Shown here: piece by piece, positions 1 to 8,455 of the stretch
How the letters are laid out: the number at the start of each line of letters is the position of its first letter
Numbering within the stretch: position 1 is the stretch's first letter
Origin: an uncultured Bacteroidales bacterium
Lineage (GTDB): Bacteria; Bacteroidota; Bacteroidia; Bacteroidales; JAGOPY01
DNA: 64,000 nt
Direction: 5' to 3'
Assembly: GCA_964567785.1 (NCBI GenBank)
Contig: CAZMOK010000011.1
Coordinates: 657 to 64,656 of the forward strand
Notes under the pieces: model-generated
What the model saw: only the letters and a program-made list of their open reading frames with translations
Database searches by the model: none
Told to the model about the DNA's origin: nothing
Position numbers and translations under genes: made by a program

Positions 1-718
1 TGCTTTCAATAAGGTCTTCGTTGATCCTGTTTATAATATCCGACTGTGCCTTTGTAGCAGTGATTTCCCCTTTTTCAACGAAAACTGTTGCCCGGACGTC
101 AAATTTCTTTGTCCCCAGAGCTTTGATCAGGTAGCTTTTGATCAGTTCAAATTCGGGCAGCAGAAAATCATTTTCAACTTTAAACCTTGCCAGTTGGCGC
201 AATGAAGGAACATTTCTTTCAAAAACAACATATCCGAGTTTTATTTGTGCGTCTTTTAGGTTGACACTGAAGTTCAAGCTGATCTTATCCGATTCAGGAG
301 CCGATCTGAACAAGGGGTTTTTACTTTGAGGCCTGCCGGCAGTGGATTTCTCTTTTACGATATCACTCAGTGCATCCTCCTGAGCTTTATCCACCAGACC
401 CATTCCTTTATTGAAATAATCCAGGCATTGTTTCAATTCCGTGGGCTTTGGAAGATTGGCGAATTGAATTTCATTTACCGGGTACTTCGGGGATTGGTCT
501 GCAAATCCTGCTATATTCCTGGGAAAGAGATCAATTATATTAACAAAGAGCTTTCCTGCCGATTTATCGAAAGATAGCTGCTCAACTGTCCAGTAAACTT
601 CCCTGATCTTACCAAAGTTTATTTCTTTTTCAGGGAGGTTGGAAGCTGCAACGGGAACAGATAATATCTGATTGAAGCAGACCTGGTTTGTATGTAACTT
701 CAATATGATCCTGTTCAT
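1..718 (-). CDS. hypothetical protein, 5' part only (gene continues past the left window edge)
   Basis: Absent from the ORF track because no stop lies in the window. Hand translation of the minus strand gives ATG at 718-716, with an in-frame TAG at 736-734 just upstream. The frame stays open to position 2 (239 codons): MNRIILKLHTNQVCFNQILSVPVAASNLPEKEINFGKIREVYWTVEQLSFDKSAGKLF... No signal peptide and no motif I can name. Confidence 0.45.
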   Translation of the reverse strand, partial: MNRIILKLHTNQVCFNQILSVPVAASNLPEKEINFGKIREVYWTVEQLSFDKSAGKLFVNIIDLFPRNIAGFADQSPKYPVNEIQFANLPKPTELKQCLDYFNKGMGLVDKAQEDALSDIVKEKSTAGRPQSKNPLFRSAPESDKISLNFSVNLKDAQIKLGYVVFERNVPSLRQLARFKVENDFLLPEFELIKSYLIKALGTKKFDVRATVFVEKGEITATKAQSDIINRINEDLIES

Positions 719-770
719 CACGTGAATAAAATCCTAAAGTTAACTATCGCAGGGGAAATAGCAAATGACA

Positions 771-859
771 AACTCCAAAATCCCAAGCACCAATCAAATT
801 CCAATCCTCAAATCCCAAATTACAAACGTTTGGAATTTGGATACTGGAATTTGGGATTT
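771..859. repeat. inverted pair of degenerate ~7-nt arrays forming a long hairpin next to a stop codon
   Basis: A C/A-rich tract at 771-826 has TCCCAAA-like units. It faces TTTGGAA TTTGGAT ACTGGAA TTTGGGA at 829-856. A perfect 12-bp inverted repeat pairs AAATCCCAAATT (810-821) with AATTTGGGATTT (848-859). The structure abuts the EEP stop codon at 860-862. Confidence 0.7.
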
Positions 860-1717
860 TTACCTCACCGGGCTGAGCTTAATATTCGTCACCACCGGGT
901 AATGGTCCGAAATATACACCCCATTCTCAATCACATTCAGTGTTTCATACTCGTAAACCTTCCATTCGCCGGTTACAAGGATGTAATCGATCCGCGAACG
1001 GCCTTCCTCAAACTGAAAGGCGTTGAAAGTTGCCTCCGGCCCTCTGGGCTCCAGCACGGTCTGGTTATATGAATCGATTAACGGGGACCCTTCCCTTGTC
1101 AGGTAATTGTACTCTTTGGTGAGGGGCTTGAAGTTCAGGTCGCCGGTAACCACCACGGGTAAACCTTCACAATTTTTCTCAATGAAATCTTCTATGAGGT
1201 CGATGCTCCTGTCCTTTGCATCCAGCCCCCTGTGATCGAAGTGAGTGTTGAGGGCATAAAAATACTTTTGGGTATGCATGTCCCAAAATTTCGCCCAGGT
1301 TGCAATCCTCGGCAGGGCAGCGTCCCAGCCAACCGAACCTATGGAATCAGGATGTTCCGACAGCCAGAATGTGCCCCAGTCCTTCAGCTCCAGCCGGTTC
1401 ATCTTGTAAAAGATCGGCACATACTCTCCTCCCGTCTTCCCGTCATCCCGTCCAACACCAACGTAATCGTACCAAGGCAAAAGGGTATCAAGCTGTACAA
1501 GCTGGTGGTGCAAGACCTCCTGCATGCCCACCAGGTCAGGGCTTTCCTCAATAATTGTCTTAATTGCCAGGTCCCGCCTGTTGTCCCACCTGTTAACCCC
1601 GTCATCCGGATTATCATACCTTATGTTGAATGTCATCGTCCTCACCGATCCCTTCTGATCCTCACCAATACAGGATATTAATGCAACAAAACCCAGCAGC
1701 AAAATGATCTTTTTCAT
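860..1717 (-). CDS. endonuclease/exonuclease/phosphatase (EEP) family protein, secreted
   Basis: 285-aa ORF with signal peptide MKKIILLLGFVALISC. EEP-type blocks are present: MTFNIRYDN, LVGMQEV, ALNTHFDH, and a C-terminal ISDHYPV. Confidence 0.8.
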   Translation of the reverse strand: MKKIILLLGFVALISCIGEDQKGSVRTMTFNIRYDNPDDGVNRWDNRRDLAIKTIIEESPDLVGMQEVLHHQLVQLDTLLPWYDYVGVGRDDGKTGGEYVPIFYKMNRLELKDWGTFWLSEHPDSIGSVGWDAALPRIATWAKFWDMHTQKYFYALNTHFDHRGLDAKDRSIDLIEDFIEKNCEGLPVVVTGDLNFKPLTKEYNYLTREGSPLIDSYNQTVLEPRGPEATFNAFQFEEGRSRIDYILVTGEWKVYEYETLNVIENGVYISDHYPVVTNIKLSPVR

Positions 1718-1757
1718 AAGAGCAGATTTGGTTTAGATTCAGAATAGCAACCTCCGG

Positions 1758-1788
1758 TTTACTATCTATTATTTACTATCTACTATTT
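1758..1788. repeat. tandem 14-mer (2 x 7) repeat overlapping a stop codon
   Basis: TTTACTATCTATTA (1758-1771) and TTTACTATCTACTA (1772-1785) are followed by TTT. The second copy contains the DUF4838 stop codon (CTA at 1783-1785 on the plus strand). Confidence 0.7.
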
Positions 1789-3993
1789 GACAACGATTTC
1801 ATCCACAAACATCCACGCCGGCTCTCCCGCTCCAATATGCCATTCAGGACAGGTTCCTATTGATCTGGCCTTCACTTTAATGTAACGTGCTTTTAGTCCT
1901 TCAGGGCTGGTGTTGAAGTCCCCCGGGATCATTCCTCCGGCATCCGTAGGTATCCTGTGCTCGATTGTTTCAATGTTTTCAAAATCAATACCACTGGTCG
2001 AGGCCAGGAATTCCACTTTCTCCGGAAGGAAGGCCCAGACCCTGTTCCATTGGAGGAACCTGGCTTCAATAAGCGAGATGTCCGTGACCTTTCCCAGGTC
2101 GATCATAGCTTCCACATCACTCCCCTCAAAACCAAGCCAGTTGTAATTATAGTCGGCCAGTCCCCTCAGCCCGTCGGTTAAAACCTGCGGGTCGCCATTG
2201 CTGTACCTGGCGCTGGCACTATCTTTCAGTACTACCTTTTTGCCCACGCTTTTGTTGTGGTAAATACCCGATGATACAAAGCTCATCACACGGTCGTAAT
2301 AGTTGAATGGGGACATTCCGCCTTCTCTTAGCTCCTCTATGCCTGCCGCATCGGCCATCTCCACAAAATCCATGAGCCTTCGGACCATATCGGAATTGAT
2401 GACCCTCACACTGTCTTCCTGTCTGAAATAAGAAAACTCTCCGTACGGGTTTTTTACGGAGATATCACAAACAGCGTATTCAAGCGGTAGCCTGGCCTCG
2501 ATCACCCGTTCCAGGTATTTGTAATCGCTTTCAACGGTTTTTTCTGCTTCATCAAAAATTTCTTCATACGTTTTGAGCATCCGCGGTGAAAGATAGCTGT
2601 CAAAACCGTCGTAAGGGAACCCGTAAATACTCAAGGTTTCACCTGATTGTTCCAGGGCATCATGCATCAGGTCTATATATTCCCTGATATACGGGGCTGC
2701 CGGGCCGTAATAGCCTGCAAGAAAGTCATCCATCAGTTCATCCACATCCCTGTCGGGGTCCCAGAGTAGTTTGGCAATAAGGTAGGATCGCAGCTCTGAG
2801 AACTCACTCCTTACATGACCGCTGCCCTGCTGGAACATCATGTTCACCCCCTGGTCGCGGAAATACCGGATATTGGGTTGCAGTACCCTCAGGTTGGGGA
2901 AAGGGCTGATATAATTCCTGAATTGGACCACATAATCCCAGAGCAGAATGTCACTGGCAATTTTCCGCCAATCGTTCATATCGGCCCTGAAGCTTTCACT
3001 CAGCGAATCACTTGCAATGGGCCGGCTGCGGTTGCACTCAATGGTGCAGAGCATGATGTTTACATTGCCGGCCGGTTCAATCCCTTTCGGTGCTGACCTT
3101 GAATACTGGTAGGCAAGGGTGGAGATCTTCTTATCCGGGAATGCTTCAGCCACCTGGTTGACTACCTCTAGTATCACTCCTGATTGAGAACCGTATTTTT
3201 TGATCAGGGTGGAACATGCATCGCATCTGCAGGCCAGGTAATTGTCGTTCTGGGAAACTGAAAAATAGGTGGATTTCCTCCTCTTTTTCACTCTTTTATC
3301 AAGATTTTCAATAAGGATGCCCGGTACATCCGGGTTGCTCAGACAGAGCTGGCCGTCCTCTATTCGCTTGCCCCCGATCTCCGAAAAATATTCCGGGTGA
3401 GAATCAAAATACTCTTCTGCCGGAAGGAGGTCTTTGAAAGTATGGACCCAGCTTCCCCATTCCCGTATCCTGTCCTTATGGCTGTCGAACCCATGCCAGT
3501 CGGCATAATCCTGGTGGTCTTTCGCGGGGAAGTAAAGTGTTGGCATCTCAAAGGCCGGGTTGCTCAGCAGATCGATCCCGGGGATTGAAATCGTTTCCTG
3601 CGAGGGAATGTAAATGTCGTCAGGAGTATACATCCTGCAACCCAGGTAATCTTCAAGGAACCGGTACACGCCATAGAGTGTCCCTTTTGCTTCACCGCCT
3701 GCAATGACGAGGTAATCACCTCCGGTAAGTATATGATAGCCGTCTTCATCAATTTTATTGAAGTTGACCTTTATGCCTGTTTCCTTAAGATGCCGGTTGT
3801 TGCCTAGCAGGATCTCCTTTTGTCCTTTCTTTTCATCACCGGTAACAACGGGCAGCATGGCTCCGCTGATCTTTTCAATGTAATAAGAAAGCTCCTCAGC
3901 CGCTTTTTTTTCGTGAGACGTGGCACCCGACGGGATCACTATTGAATATTCCGAACGCCCATCCACGACAAGTGTGAGGCTGTCGCCGGCCAT
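1783..3993 (-). CDS. DUF4838-like putative glycoside hydrolase with C-terminal F5/8 type C (discoidin-like) domain
   Basis: 736-aa ORF. The N-terminal LTLVVDGRSEYSIVIP..AAEELSYYIEKISGA pattern and the central QLCLSNPDV / FSVSQNDNYLACRCDAC blocks are typical of DUF4838 proteins. The last ~150 aa (VLTDG...WLGF...IDLG...ARYIKV) look discoidin-like. The true start is probably upstream of ATG 3993 (see finding). Confidence 0.6.
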   Translation of the reverse strand: MAGDSLTLVVDGRSEYSIVIPSGATSHEKKAAEELSYYIEKISGAMLPVVTGDEKKGQKEILLGNNRHLKETGIKVNFNKIDEDGYHILTGGDYLVIAGGEAKGTLYGVYRFLEDYLGCRMYTPDDIYIPSQETISIPGIDLLSNPAFEMPTLYFPAKDHQDYADWHGFDSHKDRIREWGSWVHTFKDLLPAEEYFDSHPEYFSEIGGKRIEDGQLCLSNPDVPGILIENLDKRVKKRRKSTYFSVSQNDNYLACRCDACSTLIKKYGSQSGVILEVVNQVAEAFPDKKISTLAYQYSRSAPKGIEPAGNVNIMLCTIECNRSRPIASDSLSESFRADMNDWRKIASDILLWDYVVQFRNYISPFPNLRVLQPNIRYFRDQGVNMMFQQGSGHVRSEFSELRSYLIAKLLWDPDRDVDELMDDFLAGYYGPAAPYIREYIDLMHDALEQSGETLSIYGFPYDGFDSYLSPRMLKTYEEIFDEAEKTVESDYKYLERVIEARLPLEYAVCDISVKNPYGEFSYFRQEDSVRVINSDMVRRLMDFVEMADAAGIEELREGGMSPFNYYDRVMSFVSSGIYHNKSVGKKVVLKDSASARYSNGDPQVLTDGLRGLADYNYNWLGFEGSDVEAMIDLGKVTDISLIEARFLQWNRVWAFLPEKVEFLASTSGIDFENIETIEHRIPTDAGGMIPGDFNTSPEGLKARYIKVKARSIGTCPEWHIGAGEPAWMFVDEIVVK

Positions 3994-4110
3994 ACTGCTT
4001 TCTGAAAAAAAACAGATACCCGCAAGGAAAAGTGTTGTAAATACTTTTAGGATATAGTGGTAATTGATCCTTTTCGTTCTGTCTGATAAAATGATGATAG
4101 GATTCTTGTT

Positions 4111-6246
4111 TTAAAGGTTATTCATGAAATAATCAGCCATCTTGCGGTTCAGGTGCACCCTGTCGCGCCCGCCGACGCCGTGCCCGTGCCCGGGGTAAAC
4201 AAAGTAATCCACTTGTTTTCCTTCCTTGATAAACCGGTCGATCAGGTCGAGGCTGTGCTGCCATACCACTACCGGATCGTAAGTCCCGTGGATGATCAGC
4301 AATTTCCCTTCCAGGTTCCCTGCAAGATTGAGCAGGCTAGATTTTTCATATCCCTCAGGATTGTCTTCCGGGGTGTCCATGTACCTTTCTCCGTACATCA
4401 CCTCGTAATACTTCCAGTCGGTGACCGGACCGCCGCAAACTCCTGCTTTGAATGTTTCCGGATGCTTCAGCATCAGGGAAATGGTCATGAACCCGCCGTA
4501 ACTCCAGCCATGTGTCCCTATCCTGTCAGGATCAATATAAGGCAGCGACCTGAGATACTCAACACCTCTCATCTGGTCCTGTACCTCCAGGGTCCCCAGG
4601 TTCCTGAAAACCGACTGTTCAAATTCAAGCCCCCTGTTGGCCGACCCCCTGTTGTCGAGGGTGAAGACTACATAGCCTTGCTGAGCAAGGTAGTGCAGGA
4701 ACAGGCTTGCCCCACCCATCCATGAGTTGGTCACAAGCTGGGCGTGGGGGCCACCATAAACATAAATTATAGCAGGGTATTTCTTCCCAGGATCGAAAAC
4801 CGGCGGCCGGATCATCCGGCAATACAGGTCGGTGTTATCTTCAGCTTTAAGCGTGAAGATGTCTGTTTCTCCAATGTTATATTCTTCTAACGGGTCGCGC
4901 GACTTCATCAGCTCTCTCTTCACTTTCCCTTTGTTGTCGATGATGCTGTAAGTCCTTGCAGTGACCGTATCACTGAAAACATCGATGAAATATTCGTAGT
5001 CATCCGATGGGATCACATAATGGGTGCCATCGTGGGAGGTGATTCGTCTGATCTTTAAATTCCTGAGGTTTAACGAGTAAAATTCATTATTCAGCGAGCC
5101 GTTTTTAGTTGATGTAAAATAGGCATGATCGTCATCACTGTCGGTGCCAAAATATCCTTTCACCAGCCATTCGCCGGAGGTAACCTGCTCAATGAAGTTC
5201 CCTTCAATATCATAAAGGTACAGGTGCTTGAAACCGTCCCGTTCACTCATCCATAAAAATCTGTCGGTGGTTTCATTCAGAAAGTAGAGTTGGTTTTCGG
5301 GCTCTACATATTCTTCGTCCTTTTCTTCGAATAAGGTTTTCACAAAAGCACCTGTTTCAGCCCGGTATTTATTCAACTTCATATGGTCCTGGTCGCGGTT
5401 CAGGACAGCTATATAGATATACTTTTCTTCCGGACCCCAGGTGACGCAGGTAAGGTATTGGTCAGAGGGTTCTCCTGTGTCGAGGAATACAGTGCTGCCT
5501 TTATCAGGGTCATAAACCCCCAGGGTCACCTCCTGGCTGGTCATCCCGGCCATAGGGTATTTGATCAGGTCAGGTTCTGCTATCCTCTTGCTGATATCAA
5601 CAAGAGGATAGTCTGTGACCATGGTTTCATCTTTTCTGTAAAAAGCGATGTATTTGCCTTTAGGCGACCAGAAAGTCCCGGTATTGATCCCGAACTCACG
5701 GCGGTGCACTTCCTGCCCGTTCACGATACCCGGTTCTTCATCATTCGTTACCTGTACCTGCCTGCCGTTCCTGGCCAGATAAAGATTGTTATCAATGGTG
5801 TAGGCAACTGTTACGTTATCGGGGCTCAGGTCTGTGTTTTGTGCCTCTTCCGGGTAATTGTTCCTTTCGGAAAGCATTTTTTCAGCTGTATTGTAGGAGT
5901 ACAGAGTGTTTTTATGGGTGAACGTGAACTCATTTTCACTTGTCCAGGAAATCCTCGGAAAGCCTTTAATTTCCTCTTTTCCTGCATCTTCCAGGGAATT
6001 GTTCAGGTCGTCAAGTTTCAGGAGCGTGTCTCCTTTTTTTGCTCCCGCCGGCGTAACCACCAGCGAGTTATTTTCCACAAAAGTGTACTGATCGGTTGAA
6101 GCCCTCCAGCCCAGGCCTTTTATTGAGGAGGGGAAAAGACTCCTGGTCATGTAGGAGGCGTCTTCAATGGTGAGCTTTTTATCCTGCGAAAAGCTTATAA
6201 AATAAAACGCAATCAGTAAAACTGTTAAAAGGGATGATCTTTTCAT
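4111..6246 (-). CDS. dipeptidyl-peptidase IV (peptidase family S9B)
   Basis: 711 aa with a signal peptide. A DPP-IV N-terminal propeller region is followed by an S9 catalytic domain with nucleophile elbow GWSYGG, LIIHGTYDPVV, and the His region YPGHGHG. Confidence 0.9.
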   Translation of the reverse strand: MKRSSLLTVLLIAFYFISFSQDKKLTIEDASYMTRSLFPSSIKGLGWRASTDQYTFVENNSLVVTPAGAKKGDTLLKLDDLNNSLEDAGKEEIKGFPRISWTSENEFTFTHKNTLYSYNTAEKMLSERNNYPEEAQNTDLSPDNVTVAYTIDNNLYLARNGRQVQVTNDEEPGIVNGQEVHRREFGINTGTFWSPKGKYIAFYRKDETMVTDYPLVDISKRIAEPDLIKYPMAGMTSQEVTLGVYDPDKGSTVFLDTGEPSDQYLTCVTWGPEEKYIYIAVLNRDQDHMKLNKYRAETGAFVKTLFEEKDEEYVEPENQLYFLNETTDRFLWMSERDGFKHLYLYDIEGNFIEQVTSGEWLVKGYFGTDSDDDHAYFTSTKNGSLNNEFYSLNLRNLKIRRITSHDGTHYVIPSDDYEYFIDVFSDTVTARTYSIIDNKGKVKRELMKSRDPLEEYNIGETDIFTLKAEDNTDLYCRMIRPPVFDPGKKYPAIIYVYGGPHAQLVTNSWMGGASLFLHYLAQQGYVVFTLDNRGSANRGLEFEQSVFRNLGTLEVQDQMRGVEYLRSLPYIDPDRIGTHGWSYGGFMTISLMLKHPETFKAGVCGGPVTDWKYYEVMYGERYMDTPEDNPEGYEKSSLLNLAGNLEGKLLIIHGTYDPVVVWQHSLDLIDRFIKEGKQVDYFVYPGHGHGVGGRDRVHLNRKMADYFMNNL

Positions 6247-6257
6247 TTTGATTTACT

Positions 6258-6884
6258 TTATTTTTCTTCTGAAGTATTGATCAAGTACCTGAAATCGGTT
6301 AAATGGTCCGATGTTTTGTTATTGAGATAGACGTAAAAAGGCAGCTCAATATTTTTACCGATAAGGAATTCGTAATAATTCCACCAGCCCAGCCCTTCAG
6401 GATTGTTGGGAGCTTGATAGTCAAGGTCTTTTTCCAGTATTTCACGGTCGTTTGAATCCCTGAGGATCACGAAGTACCATCTTGTGTTTGCCTCTGATTC
6501 ATCATACCTGGAGATAAAGAACATAAGCCTTCCTCCCGGTGCATTTTCAGTGTAGTAGCGTGTTTTCTCTATGATCTTCTCTTCTGTCCACGATTCTTCA
6601 TCTGCTTTCTGTTCAAGTGAATCAAGTATCTGCTCAAACGATTGGTAGCCTGCCGTTGTAAATTCACCAACATTCATGTGTTTGTAACGGGTGAATTTTT
6701 GTCCCGAGAGCAGGGTCACGGTATGCTCCCATATCTGGTGTTTTTCGTTATCGAGCCATGGCTTGTCACGCATTTCGAGGGGAACCTGCGACAGATCCTG
6801 CTGAGCCGCACTTGAATGAGGATTGCCAAGAAAGAAAAGTGTTAACAGAAAAAAAAAGGAGATTCTATGAAGAATGTACCGCAT
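6258..6884 (-). CDS. hypothetical secreted protein
   Basis: The track ORF is 6258-6926. I prefer the internal ATG at 6884, which gives a clean signal peptide MRYILHRISFFFLLTLFFLGNPHSSAAQ and cuts the overlap with the upstream gene from 62 to 20 nt. No recognisable motif. Confidence 0.55.
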   Translation of the reverse strand: MRYILHRISFFFLLTLFFLGNPHSSAAQQDLSQVPLEMRDKPWLDNEKHQIWEHTVTLLSGQKFTRYKHMNVGEFTTAGYQSFEQILDSLEQKADEESWTEEKIIEKTRYYTENAPGGRLMFFISRYDESEANTRWYFVILRDSNDREILEKDLDYQAPNNPEGLGWWNYYEFLIGKNIELPFYVYLNNKTSDHLTDFRYLINTSEEK

Positions 6885-7593
6885 CGGAGATATGATTAAT
6901 GAGTTTTGGGTCTTTTTCGATGGCATTACCCGTAACTATAAGGTCGGCGCCGGCACGGCAGGCCAATGATGCCTGCTCTGCTGTCCTGATCCCGCCACCG
7001 ACTATAAGAGGGATATTTATATTTTCTTTCACCCCATGGATCATTGTTTCGGGCACAGGGTGTTTTGCCCCGCTACCTGCATCCAGGTAAATGGCTTTTA
7101 ATCCGAGCATTTCACCGGCCATAGCCGTACAGCTTGCTATATCATCCTTTTCCCGGGGGATGGGAGCTGAGTTACTCATATATTGTGCGGTGGTTACAGC
7201 CCCGTTCTCAACTAGCATATATCCGGTAGGAATGATCTCCAGGCTGCTCTCCTTAAGGTACGGTGCAGCAACCACATGCTGGCCGATCAAAAGGTCGGGA
7301 TTCCTTCCTGATATCAGTGAAAGCAGCAGGATGGCATCTGCTTTGCCGGTGATCTGGAGGATACTTCCGGGGAACAAAACGAGGGGCTTATCGGTGTTTT
7401 CCTTTATTAAGATAGCGAACTCTTCAAGCTGGTTTTTAGTGATCAGGCTGCCCCCCAGGAAGAATAGATCAACACCTGCTGCGTGGGCATCCGAAACTAT
7501 ATTCCTCAAATGCCCGGGTGAGTATTTATCAGGATCCACAAGCAAAGCATAGAGCTTGTTACCGCTGTTCCTGATCTGTTCATATAAGTTCAT
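6865..7593 (-). CDS. geranylgeranylglyceryl/heptaprenylglyceryl phosphate synthase family protein (PcrB/GGGPS fold)
   Basis: 242 aa. The TIM-barrel phosphate-binding pattern of the PcrB/GGGPS family is present: LFFLGGS, IYLDAGSGA, IPLIVGGGIRT, LIVTGNAIE. Confidence 0.75.
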   Translation of the reverse strand: MNLYEQIRNSGNKLYALLVDPDKYSPGHLRNIVSDAHAAGVDLFFLGGSLITKNQLEEFAILIKENTDKPLVLFPGSILQITGKADAILLLSLISGRNPDLLIGQHVVAAPYLKESSLEIIPTGYMLVENGAVTTAQYMSNSAPIPREKDDIASCTAMAGEMLGLKAIYLDAGSGAKHPVPETMIHGVKENINIPLIVGGGIRTAEQASLACRAGADLIVTGNAIEKDPKLINHISDAVHSS

Positions 7594-7610
7594 AAACTCA
7601 GCTTGAATTG

Positions 7611-7618
7611 CAAAAATA
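7611..7618 (-). promoter_or_regulatory. Bacteroidota sigma-A -7 box TATTTTTG
   Basis: Matches TAnnTTTG on the minus strand, 17 nt upstream of ATG 7593 (GGGPS-family gene). Confidence 0.4.
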
Positions 7619-7632
7619 AGACAATCGGCACT

Positions 7633-8268
7633 TTAAACCTGTTTTTCTTTAATCACATAAACACATATGAGGTCATCAATCAGCTCTGAAAAAATATCAA
7701 ACGCTTCCTCTTTTTCACTAGCATAAAGCCTTCCCCGAATTTTCCGGTCTCTGTTTTTCTCTATCTTCAGTTGTGATTTAAAGTCGATGTTTTTCCTGCC
7801 GTTAAGTTTGTACAAAGCCTCCTTGGCACACCAGTAAAGGGTCAGTTCTTTAATATCACCTTCTGAAATGATCTTATCCTCCTCAGGGTGGAGGTATTTG
7901 TTCCTGATCTTCAGTATCCTGGGTTTAGGCAATTCTATATCGATCCCGGCTTCAGCATTTTCTGCAATGATCACGGCTGCATAATCTTCAGTGTGTGATA
8001 CTGATATCCCCGACAGCGAGCCCGGTATATATGGCTTGCCTTCCTTGCTGTAGTGTATTTTCAATTTCCTTTCACTTGTCATTTCTTTCAGAAGATGCCT
8101 GTATGCAAGCCATTGTTTCTTTCTTTGGTCGGATTTGAAACCGGCAAAAATCTTTTTCTCCTCTTCATCCAGCTCAATACCTGAAACCAGCTTATCGAGG
8201 TCTTCGTCGATCTGCCATAACCCTATATAGGCCCCTCTCCCTACTTTCTTTATTAATCGTACCGACAT
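7633..8268 (-). CDS. 4'-phosphopantetheinyl transferase superfamily protein (Sfp-type)
   Basis: 211 aa with PPTase motifs ISVSHTEDYAAV, GIDIE and WCAKEALYK. Confidence 0.75.
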   Translation of the reverse strand: MSVRLIKKVGRGAYIGLWQIDEDLDKLVSGIELDEEEKKIFAGFKSDQRKKQWLAYRHLLKEMTSERKLKIHYSKEGKPYIPGSLSGISVSHTEDYAAVIIAENAEAGIDIELPKPRILKIRNKYLHPEEDKIISEGDIKELTLYWCAKEALYKLNGRKNIDFKSQLKIEKNRDRKIRGRLYASEKEEAFDIFSELIDDLICVYVIKEKQV

Positions 8269-8434
8269 GTCTTGCTAATAAATGATAAAATTATGAATTA
8301 ATTGCCAAGGCAGGAACATTTTGCCGTAAGAGATGTTTGTAACCTTGTAGACTTTTCAGGCTATTCAAAAGAATTCTTTTTTTGAATACATTGATACAAT
8401 ATCGATATAAATACTTTTTTACAATACTAATTCG

Positions 8435-8442
8435 TAACTTTG
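8435..8442 (+). promoter_or_regulatory. Bacteroidota sigma-A -7 box TAACTTTG
   Basis: Matches TAnnTTTG, 13 nt upstream of ahcY ATG 8456. Confidence 0.4.
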
Positions 8443-8455
8443 CACGCCTAAAACG

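Noticed and set aside
8269-8455. Possible SAH riboswitch upstream of ahcY.
   Set aside because: The TAACTTTG box 13 nt from the ATG leaves almost no leader. I saw no GC-rich pseudoknot-type structure in the spacer.
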